Of a stretch of DNA of 64,000 bases, positions 25,713 through 38,750 are shown piece after piece. A program made the translations under genes and the position numbers. How positions within the stretch are numbered: the stretch's first letter is position 1; each line of letters begins with the position of its first letter. The notes below the pieces were generated by a model. The model was not told the DNA's origin. It saw only the letters and a program-made list of their open reading frames with translations, and did no database searches. The DNA is from Octopus sinensis (Eukaryota): the NCBI RefSeq assembly GCF_006345805.1, contig NC_043003.1:57040001-57104000 (forward strand), in the 5' to 3' direction.

Positions 25713-25814
25713 AGTAGCCATTTATTTGGAAGGACCACCAACCTGATTTGCAGAGAATTGAACTCTGAAATTAGAAAATCCTCCGCTCTTATACCTACGT
25801 AAACTGTGGCTACC
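25713..25814 (-). ncRNA. ncRNA family member, subfamily b, altered B-box
   Basis: TATAAT upstream; GGTAGCCA / TGGCTACT; B-box GGTTGGTGGTCC; T9; 102 nt. Confidence 0.4.
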
Positions 25815-26188
25815 CGTTCTTGTGTTGCAAAATAACACATTATAAATATAAGCATCCATACCAACACGCACCCCCACACACATACACATGCACCCACACA
25901 GATGCACCCACATACACTTGCACACAAACACACAAATGCAAACACAGCACTATATATATATAAATTACTCCTGTGTTCGCATATGTAAGTATTTTTATTT
26001 AACGTATGTATTCATACACACATATGTACACACACGATTTGTCATAAAAATTAATCAATCCGTTCTGTTTTGGATAAAAGTAAAATTATTTTGCTTTTTG
26101 TTTTAATCACAGTTATATAGCCACTTTTAATATCACATCTTATAACAGTATTTCGAAATAGTTTGCACATACGAAAAAGAAAGATTCG

Positions 26189-26290
26189 GGTAAACATTAT
26201 CTTCCAGGGTATACGAACCAGCATTGCAGAGATCTAAACACTCTAATTTTAATGCAGTCAGTTCTATCACCTGCGCTAACAATGGTTACC
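26189..26290 (-). ncRNA. Pol III-like 102-nt ncRNA family member, subfamily c
   Basis: GGTAACCATTGT / ATAATGTTTACC; TAGCGCAGGTGATAGAAC; CTGGTTCGTATACC; TTTCTTTTT. Confidence 0.55.
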
Positions 26291-26681
26291 TGTCCACACA
26301 TCGCAAAATAGTCTATGCATACGTACCTAAGCACACACACTGACTGGATTACAATATATGATTGCATACTTTACATACACATGGACATGAATGTTTACCT
26401 TTTTCTCTCGAGGGGGAGGTTTATATGTACCTTTATTTAAATATTCTCCTTAGTCATTGCATGGTGATACGACTTAGGCGTTAAGGTTATATAAAAATAG
26501 CATTATTATTATTTACAGGATCATATAAACCCGTTGATGTGGAAGTTTTCAATGAAGGTCTAGACAGGTTTCTATCTGAGATACCATATGTACCCACTAC
26601 TCGGCAGGCAATGCAAAGTACTGCGGATGGTTCACTAGAATCCACTCTGGCCGAGGCTGAGAGCAGTAAAAACATATATAA

Positions 26682-27445
26682 ACAATCGTACTGACTTTCA
26701 TGGGAAACATGTATTTTTGTGGTTGAAACCTTTTGGATTTACTAGTGCTAGAGTGAGCCACATAGTGACCACTCTCTTATATTTATTTTTGTTTAAAATA
26801 TTATAATATGTTATAAAATATTATAATAATCCAGGTTTCTCGGGGCACTGGGCCACTTGGTGTTGAATAGGTATACTATTAAATTAGTATCTAATTCTCT
26901 CACCCTTATTAATTAATTATAATTATGCTACATTTATTTCTAAATGTAGTATTTGTTTCCGTGAAAGTTTGGCGCGCTGTTGGTAGGGGCATTTGAATTA
27001 TAACGTCGGATGTAATCAATTGAACCACACGTGTATTTATCGTTATGGTAAAATCTAGCGTGTGATTGAGTGGATTTCATCCAGATAGTTTTGGCTGAGG
27101 AGCTACAAGTGAGTTTTTTGTGAGTAAAATTACATTTAATTCATTAATAGCGAAACAATTGTCCCAAAATAATCTGTATTTTGTTATTTTTTATTTGCCT
27201 GTTCGTGTGAGCTAACAATCGTACTGACTTTCATGGGAAACATGTATTTTTGTGGTTGAAACCTTTTGGATTTACTAGTGCTAGAGTGAGCCACATAGTG
27301 ACCACTCTCTTATATTTATTTTTGTATAAAATATTATAATATGTTATAAAATATTATAATAATCCAGGTTTCTCGGGGCACTGGGCCACTTGGTGTTGAA
27401 TAGGTATACTATTAAATTAGTATCTAATTCTCTCGCCCTTATTAA

Positions 27446-27453
<8 letters not shown>
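26682..27453. repeat. Near-identical ~240-bp direct repeat pair (26682-26920 and 27214-27453) around a 293-bp spacer
   Basis: Only about two mismatches seen between the copies. Confidence 0.9.
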
Positions 27454-27489
<36 letters not shown>

Positions 27490-27500
<11 letters not shown>

Positions 27501-29460
27501 ATCTAAACATGAAAACACAAAGAGAAAACACAAAAACACGAGGACGTGAAACAAGTATAGTATTATTGGACGCTCAGGAAAGGAAAGAAAGAAGGAGGAT
27601 TTAACGTTTCGAGCGGAGCTCTTCGTCAGAAACACAGGAAAAGGAAAAATCCAAGGAAGGGAAGACAGAGGAAAAAAATCGCCAACAATACACTCGCGGT
27701 CACAAATATATATATATATATATATTTATGTGTAGTAGTAATATAAAAATATACAAGGTGCCAAGATTCTAATATCAGTTGAAAATATGAAGAAAAAATA
27801 TAAAAAGTGCGAGAGAAATGCCTTCGTATCATATAATTTAATATCTTTTTATAAATATATATACATATATAGATGTCGTGAAATCTAACCGGATTTCTTT
27901 ATTTAAATTAACTTTTCAACGGACTTTGTATAATAATCAGTTCTTGTGACAGAGGAGTCTCGTCATTTTTGATGTTTGAAGAATAAGAAGAAAGAGTTTA
28001 GAGAATGAACCAAGTGAGGCAACAGGTGGCAAAAGGGACAACTGACTCCTTAGTATAATTTTTAAATGGTTAAATTTGTATAATGAGGCGCGGTCTGTAC
28101 TTTTGTATGAAGAGGTTTTCCTTGTTAAGACGTTCTTCTACTGAGATTGATTCTTTGCATTGGTATAATGGTAGATATAAAAATTCGACGCCTTATTACT
28201 TGCGCCTCTGTCGGTATGTCCGATCAGCTCCATCTTCCTGTATTGAGGGTAACGAATCTGTTATTTATCCATCGTGACTCTGCGTCTGAAATAAGGCTCG
28301 TTTGACCACATAATTGTGACCACAACCTGAGCAGGTTAGGACATAGATAAGGTTCTGGGAATCACATGTGAAGTTGGTCGTAACTGAGAATTTTTGTCCT
28401 CGCTGGAATGTGAATTCCGAACCTTCTGTTAGGTGTGGGCATGTACCACAATTAGGTCGTCTGCATTTTTTAACTGTTGGTATCGTATGTATTGAGTATA
28501 GGTTTGCGTTTCTTAGGAGTCTCTTGAGTGATTTGTCTTGTCTTTTGCATTTCAGTAGTTTGTGTGTATTTAAGATGCTGTTCATTTTCAGGTCTTGAGT
28601 AAGCAGAGGGATATTTTATATAATTGTGTTGAATGCTTCATTGTTTCTGGGGTTTCGGGTTGATACGTATGGCAGTGATATAATGTGCGGTGTGGTGGTT
28701 TGTTATGTTGTCCTTATTGTGTTTGTGTCCAAATCCTTGGCACGTTTAATTCTATGTTCTATAAGTGTAGATGGGTATTGACGTTCAATGAGTGTTATTT
28801 TGAGTTGTTGTAGGCGAAGTTCCCGAGTGGTTGTGTCAGATACAATTGTACTGATCGTTTTTGCTAGATTGAATGAGATATTTATTTTGTTGTGTTTAGG
28901 ATGGCATGAGCTGAAAAGGAGATACTGGTTTGTAGTATATGTCGGTTGCAATTTGGTCGTTGGACATTTTAAAATCAAAATGTCTAGAAATGGGAACTGT
29001 TCCTTGCTATATTCCATTGTAAATTGGATGTTCGTGATTATATTATTCAATGTGGATTTAAAATCCAGGCGCTTATCATAGGTTTCATTCCAGATGATAA
29101 AACAATCGATCTAGGTACCTTTTCCAGTTTCCTCTTATACACTGGTGGAATGGGATTCCAAATGTTTGGAGCAAAATTCATAGAGGGTAGATTCAATGAA
29201 ACCCATTATTCGGTTCGCAAGTACAGGCGTAGCTTCGTTCCCATCGCAATACCGCATTTTTGGCGGTAGTATGTTGTATCGATTGGGAAGTAATTGCTTT
29301 GTACGATGAACTTCAGGGATTCAATGACAAAATTCTGTTTTATTCGGCCCGAAAGAACTTCGCGGTATTTTACTAACCAGAATTGCATTGCCTCTATTCA
29401 GTAGTCATGTTGAATGTTAGAGTAGAGGTTGGTGAGATCGAAGGAGACTAAGAGACGCTA
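27490..29460 (-). mobile_element. Penelope-like element: RT fragments, GIY-YIG endonuclease and 3' pLTR region
   Basis: YYRQKCGIAMGTK; FPFLDILI; YLLFSSCHPKH; CRRPNCGTCPH...FTCDSQNLIYVLTCSGCGHNY (CCHH/GIY-YIG region); hammerhead motif downstream in the same orientation. Confidence 0.85.
27599..27633 (-). ncRNA. Minimal type I hammerhead ribozyme motif (Penelope pLTR-associated)
   Basis: GTTT-CTGACGA-AGAGC-TCC-GCTC-GAAAC-GTT-AAAT: intact CUGANGA/GAAA core, stem II, palindromic AACGTT stem III. Confidence 0.6.
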
Positions 29461-29647
29461 ATATTTATTTATATATGTATATATTTATAGATTCATATTT
29501 GTATATTTATAGATATTTATATATTTAGAATTAATTGAAACAAAGAAGAAAAACTAGATCTTATTGACTTTGTATAATTTTGGATGAAAATTCATGAATT
29601 TTTAAATTGGAATTGATATAAATAAAAAGCATTATAAACAAAAATCT

Positions 29648-29716
29648 TGTCACCAATATCCAAAGAGGAATACAAATGCACTCGGCTCTTCAACGCCAGT
29701 AAAAACACTGGACACA
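29648..29716 (-). pseudogene. ncRNA family member with ~33-nt internal deletion
   Basis: TATAAATA and CTATTTTGC upstream; both stem strands present; middle joined to a remnant TTTGTATTCC. Confidence 0.45.
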
Positions 29717-29931
29717 TGTACTACTGACGCAAAATAGCATATTTATAAGCTTATCCATCCCAATTAATGCACACACACATACACACACACACATGCAACC
29801 ACTCCCACTTCATACACAGCGATACGTGCATGTATTTGTACTCATATATTCTCTGGGTGTATGTATCTCTCTCTCTCTCTTCATATATATATATATACAC
29901 ACACACATATATATATATATACATGTATGTC

Positions 29932-29968
<37 letters not shown>

Positions 29969-30624
29969 GTATATATATATACACATATACATGTATGTGA
30001 TATGTATGTTCGTGTTATGTATTTCTATATATATGTGTGTATGTCCGTGTTTTTACATGTGTTTTTCTTTGTGTGTATGTATTGGGATAATCTATTCAAC
30101 GCAAGATCGCTAATTAGAAGCGTCTTGTGAGACGGATCATAGAACGGAACTGTTTTACCAGTTACTTAATCCCATATATGGCAATAAAAATGCAGGACTT
30201 TACGACATTTATGATTGTTATGTGTAGCAAGTGTTCTTTGGAGAGGATACCAAACTAAGAGAAATATATAATTCCCTGGAATAGGAGGATTCTAATGCGT
30301 TAAGTTACAAAAATCTGAAATTGCTTAAACGAGGCACTAAAGGATGACAATGGATCATATCTCAAACAGATATTGTTGAAGATCAAATACAAAGTCAAAC
30401 AACTCCGTTGAAAAGGTCGTCCAGTCAAGTCAGCTGTAGATGGTTACGGCTCTTCTAGAGAATGTAAGGCCACGCGCCTAACCAGAGTAGTGGCATCATT
30501 TGAAAGCTAAAACTATGTGATAAGCATTGTGATCAGTGATAGATAACAACACCACAAAATCTGATGGTTGATAACACACACACACACACACATATATGTG
30601 TATGTATATATGTATATATATATA

Positions 30625-30657
<33 letters not shown>

Positions 30658-31584
30658 ATAGAAATATTAAAATTACTAAGTCTCTCTAAAAGAGATTACG
30701 GCAGCGTTACTGGATATTAATAGTTATCGCCATACTAATATGGCAGTCTATAAGTATAAGACTAAGGCTGTCGCTGATTACCTCCAAGAGGCCATCGCCT
30801 CTGGCTAACTATATGACACAGGAATCTGCGTCCATTACAACCTTCGAACAGGGGAGGTCAGCCGCTTCACCTTGCTAGTCAGACATCTGCAGAAATATAT
30901 ATATATATATATACACTGAGGAGATGTAAGCACCCAGAAAATCTAGTCCGTGTGAATCACGTAAGGCTACTTAAAGGAGTGATGACCTCTGCTTGGTTGT
31001 ACTAATCCGACTCAGAAAGCGTGTTATTAGCCTGCTGGAGGAGATGTCAGCCTGGGAATAAAAACGTTAGTAGGTACTGTCCTGTATAGGACGCCACGCT
31101 ACGTTGGCAATTACACATTGCCACTCTGCATTGCTATATCTCCTTTTTTAAGAGTTTAGTGAGTTTTCATCACTAGCTGGTGATAAAAAACGCTGAGGAC
31201 GCGTAGGCACCCAGAAACACGATCCATCTCTATGATGTAAGGCTAGTGATAAGAGCGATCACCTCCACTCACAAATACTAATCGGACACAGAGTGTGTGA
31301 CTTTAGCCAGCTGGAATAGATGTCTTCCTGTGTCTATAAATTTCAGTAGCACTCTTCGTTATCGGACGTCATACCTAGTTGGTAATTACGTGTTAGGATT
31401 GTGTGTTGCATCTGTATATATCTCGGTCAGAGAATTTATATATATATATATATATATTGGCCTGCTCGCTTAGCCAGCGGGGTGGCGTCATTCGAAGGCT
31501 AAAAAACAATGCGAACGCATTGTGACCAGCGATGTTTAACAACATCTGCTGGTTTGGTCGGTCACGTGATCATGTGATCACGTG

Positions 31585-31628
<44 letters not shown>

Positions 31629-31838
31629 ATTTTCAACATGTGACCGAGTGTGTATCGTTTGCAATTATCTTTCTCTGTCTTCCCTTCTTTGGACCTTTTC
31701 TTTTCCGATGTTTCAGACAAAGAGCTCAGCTCGAAGCGTTGAATCCTCCTTCTTTCTTTCCGTTCCTGAGCATCCAACAGCACTATATTTGTTCCACATC
31801 CTCACGTTGTTGTGTTTTCTCTTTGTTCATGTTTGGAT

Positions 31839-31924
<86 letters not shown>

Positions 31925-32406
31925 TTTACTGCTCTCAGCCTCGGCCAGAGTGGATTCTAGTGAACCATCCGTAATTAATCGGTGTTGTTTCCGATATTGT
32001 TTTTGGTCACGTAGCGAGTTGGAAGGAGCTACCCTACTTTGCGTTACCTGCCGAGTTGTGGGTACATATGGTATCTCAGATAGAAACCTGTCTAGACCTT
32101 CATTGAAAACTTCAACATCAACGGGTTTATATAATCCTATAAGTAATAATAATGGTATTTTTATATAACCTTAACGCCTATGTCGTATCACCATGCAATG
32201 ACTAAGGAGAATATTTAAATAAAGGGACATATAAACCTCCCCCTCGAGAGAAAAAGTTAAACATTCGTATCCACGTGTATGCAAAGTACGTAATCCTACA
32301 TGTATTAATGCATACTTATATGTATTTATACAATAGTAATATTTGTAATCCAGTCAGTGTGTGTGCTTAGGTACGTATGCATAGACTATTTTGCGATGTG
32401 TGGACA

Positions 32407-32508
32407 GGTAACCATTGTTAGCGCAGGTGATAGAACTGACTGCATAATAATTAGAGCGTTTAGATCTCTGCGATGCTGGTTCGTATACCCTGAAAGACAA
32501 TGGTTACC
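32407..32508 (+). ncRNA. Pol III-like 102-nt ncRNA family member, subfamily c
   Basis: GGTAACCATTGT / ACAATGGTTACC perfect 12-bp stem; TAGCGCAGGTGATAGAAC; CTGGTTCGTATACC; TTTCTTTTT; TATA weakened (TATGCATA). Confidence 0.6.
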
Positions 32509-32876
32509 CGAATCTTTCTTTTTCGTATGTGCAAACTATTTCGAAATACTGTTATAAGATGTGATATTAAAAGTGGCTATATAACTGTGATTAAAACAAA
32601 AAGCAAAATAATTTTACTTTTATCCAAAACAGAACGGATTGATTAATTTTTATGACAAATCGTGTGTGTACATATGTTTGTATGAATACATACATTAAAT
32701 GAATACCTACATATGCGAACTCAGGAGTAATACATATATATATAGTGTTGTGTTTGCATTTGTGTGTGTGCAAGTGTATGTGGGTGCATCTGTGTGGGTG
32801 CATGTGTATGTGTGTGGTGGTGCGTGTTGGTATGGATGCTTATATTTATAATATGTTATTTTGCAACACACGAACA

Positions 32877-32978
32877 GGTAGCCACAGTTTACGTAGGTAT
32901 AAGAGCTGAGGATTTTCTAATTTCAGAGTTCAATTCTCTGCAAATCAGGTTGGTGGTCCTTCCAAATAAATGGTTACT
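32877..32978 (+). ncRNA. ncRNA family member, subfamily b, altered B-box
   Basis: GGTATGGATGC at -48; TATAATA; GGTAGCCA / TGGTTACT; GGTTGGTGGTCC; long T-run. Confidence 0.4.
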
Positions 32979-35248
32979 GGATTGTTTTTTTTTTTTATTT
33001 TGTGCCAAATCTTTTAAGATAGAGTTATCAGCTGTTACAAATGGCGATGTAACCGTGATAAAATCAAAAAAAAATAGAAGTGTACATTTGATGTAATTAC
33101 AAAGCATATGTTGGTAGAAGTCCGTGTCAAAATCAATTGCCTATTATACTAAAAGTTTCAATTTTCGCATATTCTCCATCTCAAATACTTTATTGCCAAT
33201 AGACATGGAGGGGATAGACAATGAGAGACAAATGTTTAAGTCGAGTATATTGACTCCAGTGTATAAGCAGTACTCATTTATTCCACACCGAAAGGAAGAA
33301 ATGCTAAGTCAACATCGGTGGAATTTGAACTCAGAACGTAGTGATTCGCTAATTGTCCATTATTTACTGTTAATAATCTAAAATAGGCAAACTCATTCAG
33401 TGGGGGAATCCATAATATTCCATATGACTATGTAGCGTTTGTATATACCTTGACATAAAAATGGTGTTTATCTCTCCTGTAGGACGTTGTATACAGAAAC
33501 GCATATACAGTTAATCACAGTGTTGTTGTGTATCGCTGTCTGGGAGATATCTTATGGTAATAATATAGTAGTTTAACTGCTATTTCTAAATTTCAGCATG
33601 TGGCGAAGTAAATTAAAATTATACTCATTATTATAGAATTTTTGTGAAAAAACTACAGACGGCTTCTGTTATAAGGCTAAAAAATATATTTAAATCGTTG
33701 TTAAAAAAATTCAATAAAGCTTTGCGTATAGTAACATAGCTTTTGGAGAAATAACCGGTTTCGTATTTTCTTTTCAAATTTCTCACCTTTCGTATCATGT
33801 CTTCGCTATGTTGTGAAATATTGAGTTCCAGGCATAGGAAGGTAATCAGCAACTTTCCGGTATAAGGGAGATAATTAAACATGTTGGGAATGATTAGGCT
33901 TGATTAATTTAACATGATTTGGTTTAGAAGGAACGGAATGTTACAAGTGGTAATCTTTTGCTTTATATTTTTTTTTCAATGATAGAATGGAAAAATTACA
34001 AATTGTGGTAGCAGTTACTTTGCGCATTTCTCAATATGTTCACTAAAGGGTATCATTCTGTATTCTGGGCATGCAATCTGCTATCGATGAAGAGTGCATC
34101 TGCTTGTGAGCGATAATCCGTGGACCCCATTCAATCTAGCATAAAGGATCTGTACAATTGTTTCTGACACAACCATACAGGGACTTTCGCGTAAAAGAAC
34201 TCAAAATATCACTCACTGAAAGTCAGTACCTATCTACACTTATAGAACATGAACTTAACCGCACCAAGGAATTGGACACAAACACGGAGAATTATATCTT
34301 TCTTTTAGTTTGGTATTCTCTCCAAAGAACACTTGCTACACATAACAATTATTAATGTCGTAAAGTCCTGCAGTTTTATTTCAATATACGGGATTAAGAG
34401 ACTGGAAGAACAGTTCAATTCCATGACCATTCTCAAAAAGGCTTCCAATCAGCTCAGTGAAAATTCAAGATAAAGAATATTTGGGTGCTTGTTGTAGCTT
34501 GCATGACTGTGGTATTCTGCGTTGTTTGTTATTCCTATATAGTTATTTTATGAAAGAAATAACCTATGTCATCTAAACATTATGGATGAACGCCGCCTTA
34601 TTCGTGTAGCAGGGACCCAGTATATTTTCCCATCTTTTCCGTGGAGCACTATTTACTCTATAAAGAATAACTTTGAGACGTCAAGAAGAGATTCTGCAAT
34701 GACATAGCTGATTAAAATCTTTCCTCAGGCCATTCTATATCAGGGAGGATGAAGTCCCTTGGGAAAAGTATCTGCAGTTTGTCATGCAGGTTGGGTAATA
34801 ATTTTGGAGGCTGTTCCCAAACGAATTTCCATGAAATATAAAACCTGGTAAGCGATATGTTGTTCATGCTGATTATGTTTTTGTCTAATGTAAACTACCA
34901 GAGTCTCACGGAATGATTTTCTGTGTAACAGCAGGACAACCAGTATATAATGCAAACCTTGAAGCAAATATTTCATCATATATCTGTATGACTAATGGTC
35001 ACGTTTCCCTTTGCGTTTGCTTCCTAAAGTGAACTCTGGGCATCATTCTAGAGATCGGGATTTCATGACGTCTATGAGATAAACTAGCTGAAAGCCTAGT
35101 GGGTTCAGGGATCCCGTCGTCTGCTAGATGTTGGTAGTGTTTCGGTTCCCTGTTTGCAGAGTATTGAATGCACCTATAAAAAGATGGCAGATTATTTTCC
35201 TTGGCATAAAGTAGTATTATCGTTAAAGAGCCATGAGGATTTGTTATG

Positions 35249-35338
<90 letters not shown>

Positions 35339-35703
35339 GCTATATATATATATGTGTGTGTGTATGTACACATACATATACACGTACTTATGATCGCTGA
35401 TCTCAATACAAATCACATAGTTTTAGATTTTATATGATCCCACCACACTGGCTACGCAATAAGCATTAACTTCCCCTAATGCGGTTTACCCATCCAGAGC
35501 TGTGTGGACTGGATGAACCTCAAAAGTGTTGTTTTACTCCAGAAAGCAATGGTCCTGAATGGTCCTGATTAGTGATACATGATGTAGCGATCTTGCGTTC
35601 AATAGATTATCCATATACACATAGACGCAGAAGCACATTAGCTGTAAGCACACGGACATACACATACATATATATGAATACATAACACGCACACGCATAT
35701 TAC

Positions 35704-35769
<66 letters not shown>

Positions 35770-35936
35770 GTAGAGAGAGAGAAGTAGAGGGAGAGAGAGG
35801 TAGAGAGAGAGAGACAGATTGATAGATAGATACATACATACATACTTACATACATACATAATGTGTGTATGTGTAATTGTGTTAATACGTAGGGAGGCAT
35901 AAACTTGTAAATATACTATTTTGCCGCAGGAAAGCG

Positions 35937-36038
35937 GGTCATTACTGTTTGTTGAGGATGATGAGCCGAGCGCGTTCTACATAAAGAGCTTTATGCGACC
36001 AAAAGAGGGTTCGTATTCCTTATTAGATAGTGATGACC
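35937..36038 (+). ncRNA. Pol III-like 102-nt ncRNA family member, subfamily a
   Basis: GGTCATTACTGT / ATAGTGATGACC 12 of 12 with two G-U; GAGGGTTCGTATTCC; AGAATTTT; TATA weakened (TGTAAATA). Confidence 0.6.
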
Positions 36039-36795
36039 AGAATTTTGTTTGTAATTTTTTTTTTACTTATATAAGAAAATCAACGATTATACTTCATGCA
36101 TTTTCATCCAAAATCATACAAAGTCAATAAGATCTTGTCTTTCTTTATTGTTTCAATTAATTGATAATTTTAAATACGCAAGGAAATTTTAGGATGAGAT
36201 ATTTCAGAAATGATATTTTATGAGGAATATTTTAGTGTCTAATATGCAACTTAATACAGGACATATAAACATAAGCGCTAAGTCAAAGGATATATAGACG
36301 CTATATAGTCATTTGAAATGTTACGGCTTCCCGCACTGAAGGTGTTTTCCTATTTTAGATTATTAACAGTAAACAATGCATAAGAAGTGAGTCGCTACGT
36401 TCGGAGTTCAAATGGCGTCGAGGTTGCTTTAGCATTTCTTCCTTTCCGTGTTGACGAAATAAGTACCGCTTAAAAACTGGAATCCATGTAATAGAATTAA
36501 CCATTTATCTCTCATTGTCTATCCGCTCTATGTTTAACCCCCTGTAGGCAATAAAGAAATAAAGATGAGAATATTGGAACAGTGAATCTCTTAGTATCAT
36601 AGGGTATAGATCTTGGCACGGAGTTCTATGAACATATGATGTGTCATTACATCTAAAATACCCTTCTATTTTCTATAATACTTCCATATCAATTTATTTC
36701 CTTTTATCACAGACACATCGCCATTTTTAATATTACAACTTATAACACAATTTTAAAAGATTTGGCACACACAAAAGAAACAAGGAAAACCTTTG

Positions 36796-36897
36796 ACTAT
36801 CCATTAACTTGGAAGCAATACGAAACTGCAGTGCACAGTATTGACCACTCAAATTAGAAAGCCCTTTTCTCCTGTATCTATGCAAATTAAGGCTACC
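36796..36897 (-). pseudogene. Degenerate ncRNA family member, subfamily b
   Basis: GGTAGCCTTAAT...GCAGTTTCGTATTGC...TAATGGATAGT; B-box and stem eroded. Confidence 0.4.
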
Positions 36898-37272
36898 TGT
36901 AATTTTGTTGCAAAATAACACTTTATAACTATAAGCGTCTATACCAACGCGTGCACCTACACAAACACACATGCACACCTATAAGCGCCCTCACACACAG
37001 ACATATGCAAACACTGTACTATATATATATATATATTACTCGGGTATTCCTACATATAAGTATTCGTTAATGTATGTATTCATACAAACGTATGTAAACA
37101 TACGATTCTTCATAAAAATTAATCTATCTTCTCTGTTTTGGATAACAGTAAGTTGCTTTGATTTTTCGTTTTTTTTTTTTTTGCTTTTCTTCACAGTTAT
37201 ATAGCCACTTCTAATATCACATCTTATAACACTATTTTGACATATTTCCGACATACGAAAAAAAAATATTCC

Positions 37273-37374
37273 GGTAACCATTATTACTCTAGGAATACGA
37301 ACCAGCATTTCAGAGATTTGAATGCTCTAATTGTAATGCATTCTGTTCTAACACCTGCACTAACAATGGTTACC
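37273..37374 (-). ncRNA. Pol III-like 102-nt ncRNA family member, subfamily c, apparently intact
   Basis: TATAAATA at -31; GGTAACCATTGT / ATAATGGTTACC; CTGGTTCGTATTCC; T-run. Confidence 0.65.
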
Positions 37375-38439
37375 TGCCCAACCAACTCAAAATAGTCTAT
37401 TTATAAGTATATACATACATACCTAAGACCACAGAAACACACACTGACCGCATTTCATATATTACTATTGTACGAATACATATAAGTATGCATTAATACA
37501 TGTATGCTTACATACATACGTACACGCGGATATGAAGGTTTTCTTTTTTCTCTCAAGGGAGAGGTTTATATGCCCCTTTATTAAAATATTCTCCTTAGTC
37601 ATTGCATGGTGATCGACATAAGTGGTAAGTTTATATAAAAGTAGCATTATTATTATTTACAGGATCATATAAGCACCTTGATGTGGGAGTTTTGAAGGAA
37701 TGTCTGGACATATTTCTATCTGAGGTACCAGATGAACCCACATCGCGGCAGGTAACGCAAAGAACATCTGCTTCAAGCTGGCTACAAATTAATGCAGGAA
37801 AGATAAGTATAAGTGATAACTCAAAGGATATATAGACGCTACATAGTCATTTGAAATGTTACCACTTCCCACACTGAATGGGTTTGCCTATTTTATATTA
37901 TTAACAGTAAATAATGGACAATAAGCGAGTCGCAACGTTCGGAGTTCGAATTCCGCCGTGGTTGACTTAGCATTTCTTCCTTTCCATGTTCACTAAATAA
38001 GTACCGCTTATAAATTGAAATCGATGTAATCGACTTAATCATTTGTTTTTTATTTTCTATCCCGTCTATGCTTAGCTCCCTGTGGGCAAGAAACAAATTA
38101 GGATGGAGTACCGCTTAAAAACTGGAATCCATGTAATAGAATTAACCATTTATCTCTCATTGTCTAACCGCTCTATATTTAACCCCTTGTGGGCAATAAA
38201 GAAATTAAAATGAAAATATTGGAATAGTGAATCTCTTAGTATCATAGGGTATAGTCTTGGCACGAAGTTCTATGAACATATGATGTGTCATTACATCTAA
38301 AATACCCTTCTATTTTCTATAATACTTCCATAACAATTTATTTGCTTTTATCACAGACACATCACCATTTGTAATATTACAACTTATAACACAATTTTAA
38401 AAGGTTTTGCACACACGAAAGAAACAAGGAAAACTTTCG

Positions 38440-38541
38440 AGTATCCATTAACTTGGAAGCAATACGAACCTGCATCGTATAATATTGACCACTCAAATTA
38501 GAAAGCCCTCAGCTCTCGGACCTATTCAAATTGAGGCTACC
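38440..38541 (-). ncRNA. ncRNA family member, subfamily b
   Basis: TATAAAG upstream; GGTAGCCTCAAT; GCAGGTTCGTATTGC; TTAATGGATACT. Confidence 0.4.
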
Positions 38542-38687
38542 TGTAGTTTTGTTGCAAAATAACACTTTATAAATATAAGCGTTTATACCAACGCGTGGTG
38601 CACACAAACACACTCGCACACATATACACTTCCACACACACATGCTCACAGATAAGCGCACTCACACACAGACAGATGCAAGCACCG

Positions 38688-38750
<63 letters not shown>

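Larger units (their letters stand above)
20560..26690 (+). repeat. Left arm of ~6-kb inverted segmental duplication (partner 31920-38110)
   Basis: Colinear reverse-complement matches, e.g. 26640-26672/31921-31955, 26189-26290/32407-32508, 23570-24440/34300-35200, 21446-21547/37273-37374. Confidence 0.9.
31920..38110 (-). repeat. Right arm of ~6-kb inverted segmental duplication (partner 20560-26690); 38110-38700 is a further local copy of 36470-37030
   Basis: See left arm; same order of ncRNA-like genes, SINEs and LINE fragments in reverse. Confidence 0.9.

Noticed and set aside
26688-26716. Hammerhead in the 240-bp direct repeat (CTGACTT...GAAACATGTA)
   Set aside because: The core lacks the CUGANGA consensus and stem II is not convincing.
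35921-36010. Repeated unit read as a protein-coding exon (CTATTTTG..CAG acceptor-like, G|GTTCGT donor-like; ESGSLLFVEDDEPSAFYIKSFMRPKE)
   Set aside because: The same frame has stops or frameshifts in other copies (4383, 11698, 16086), orientation alternates, and stem covariation plus T-runs fit an RNA gene better.
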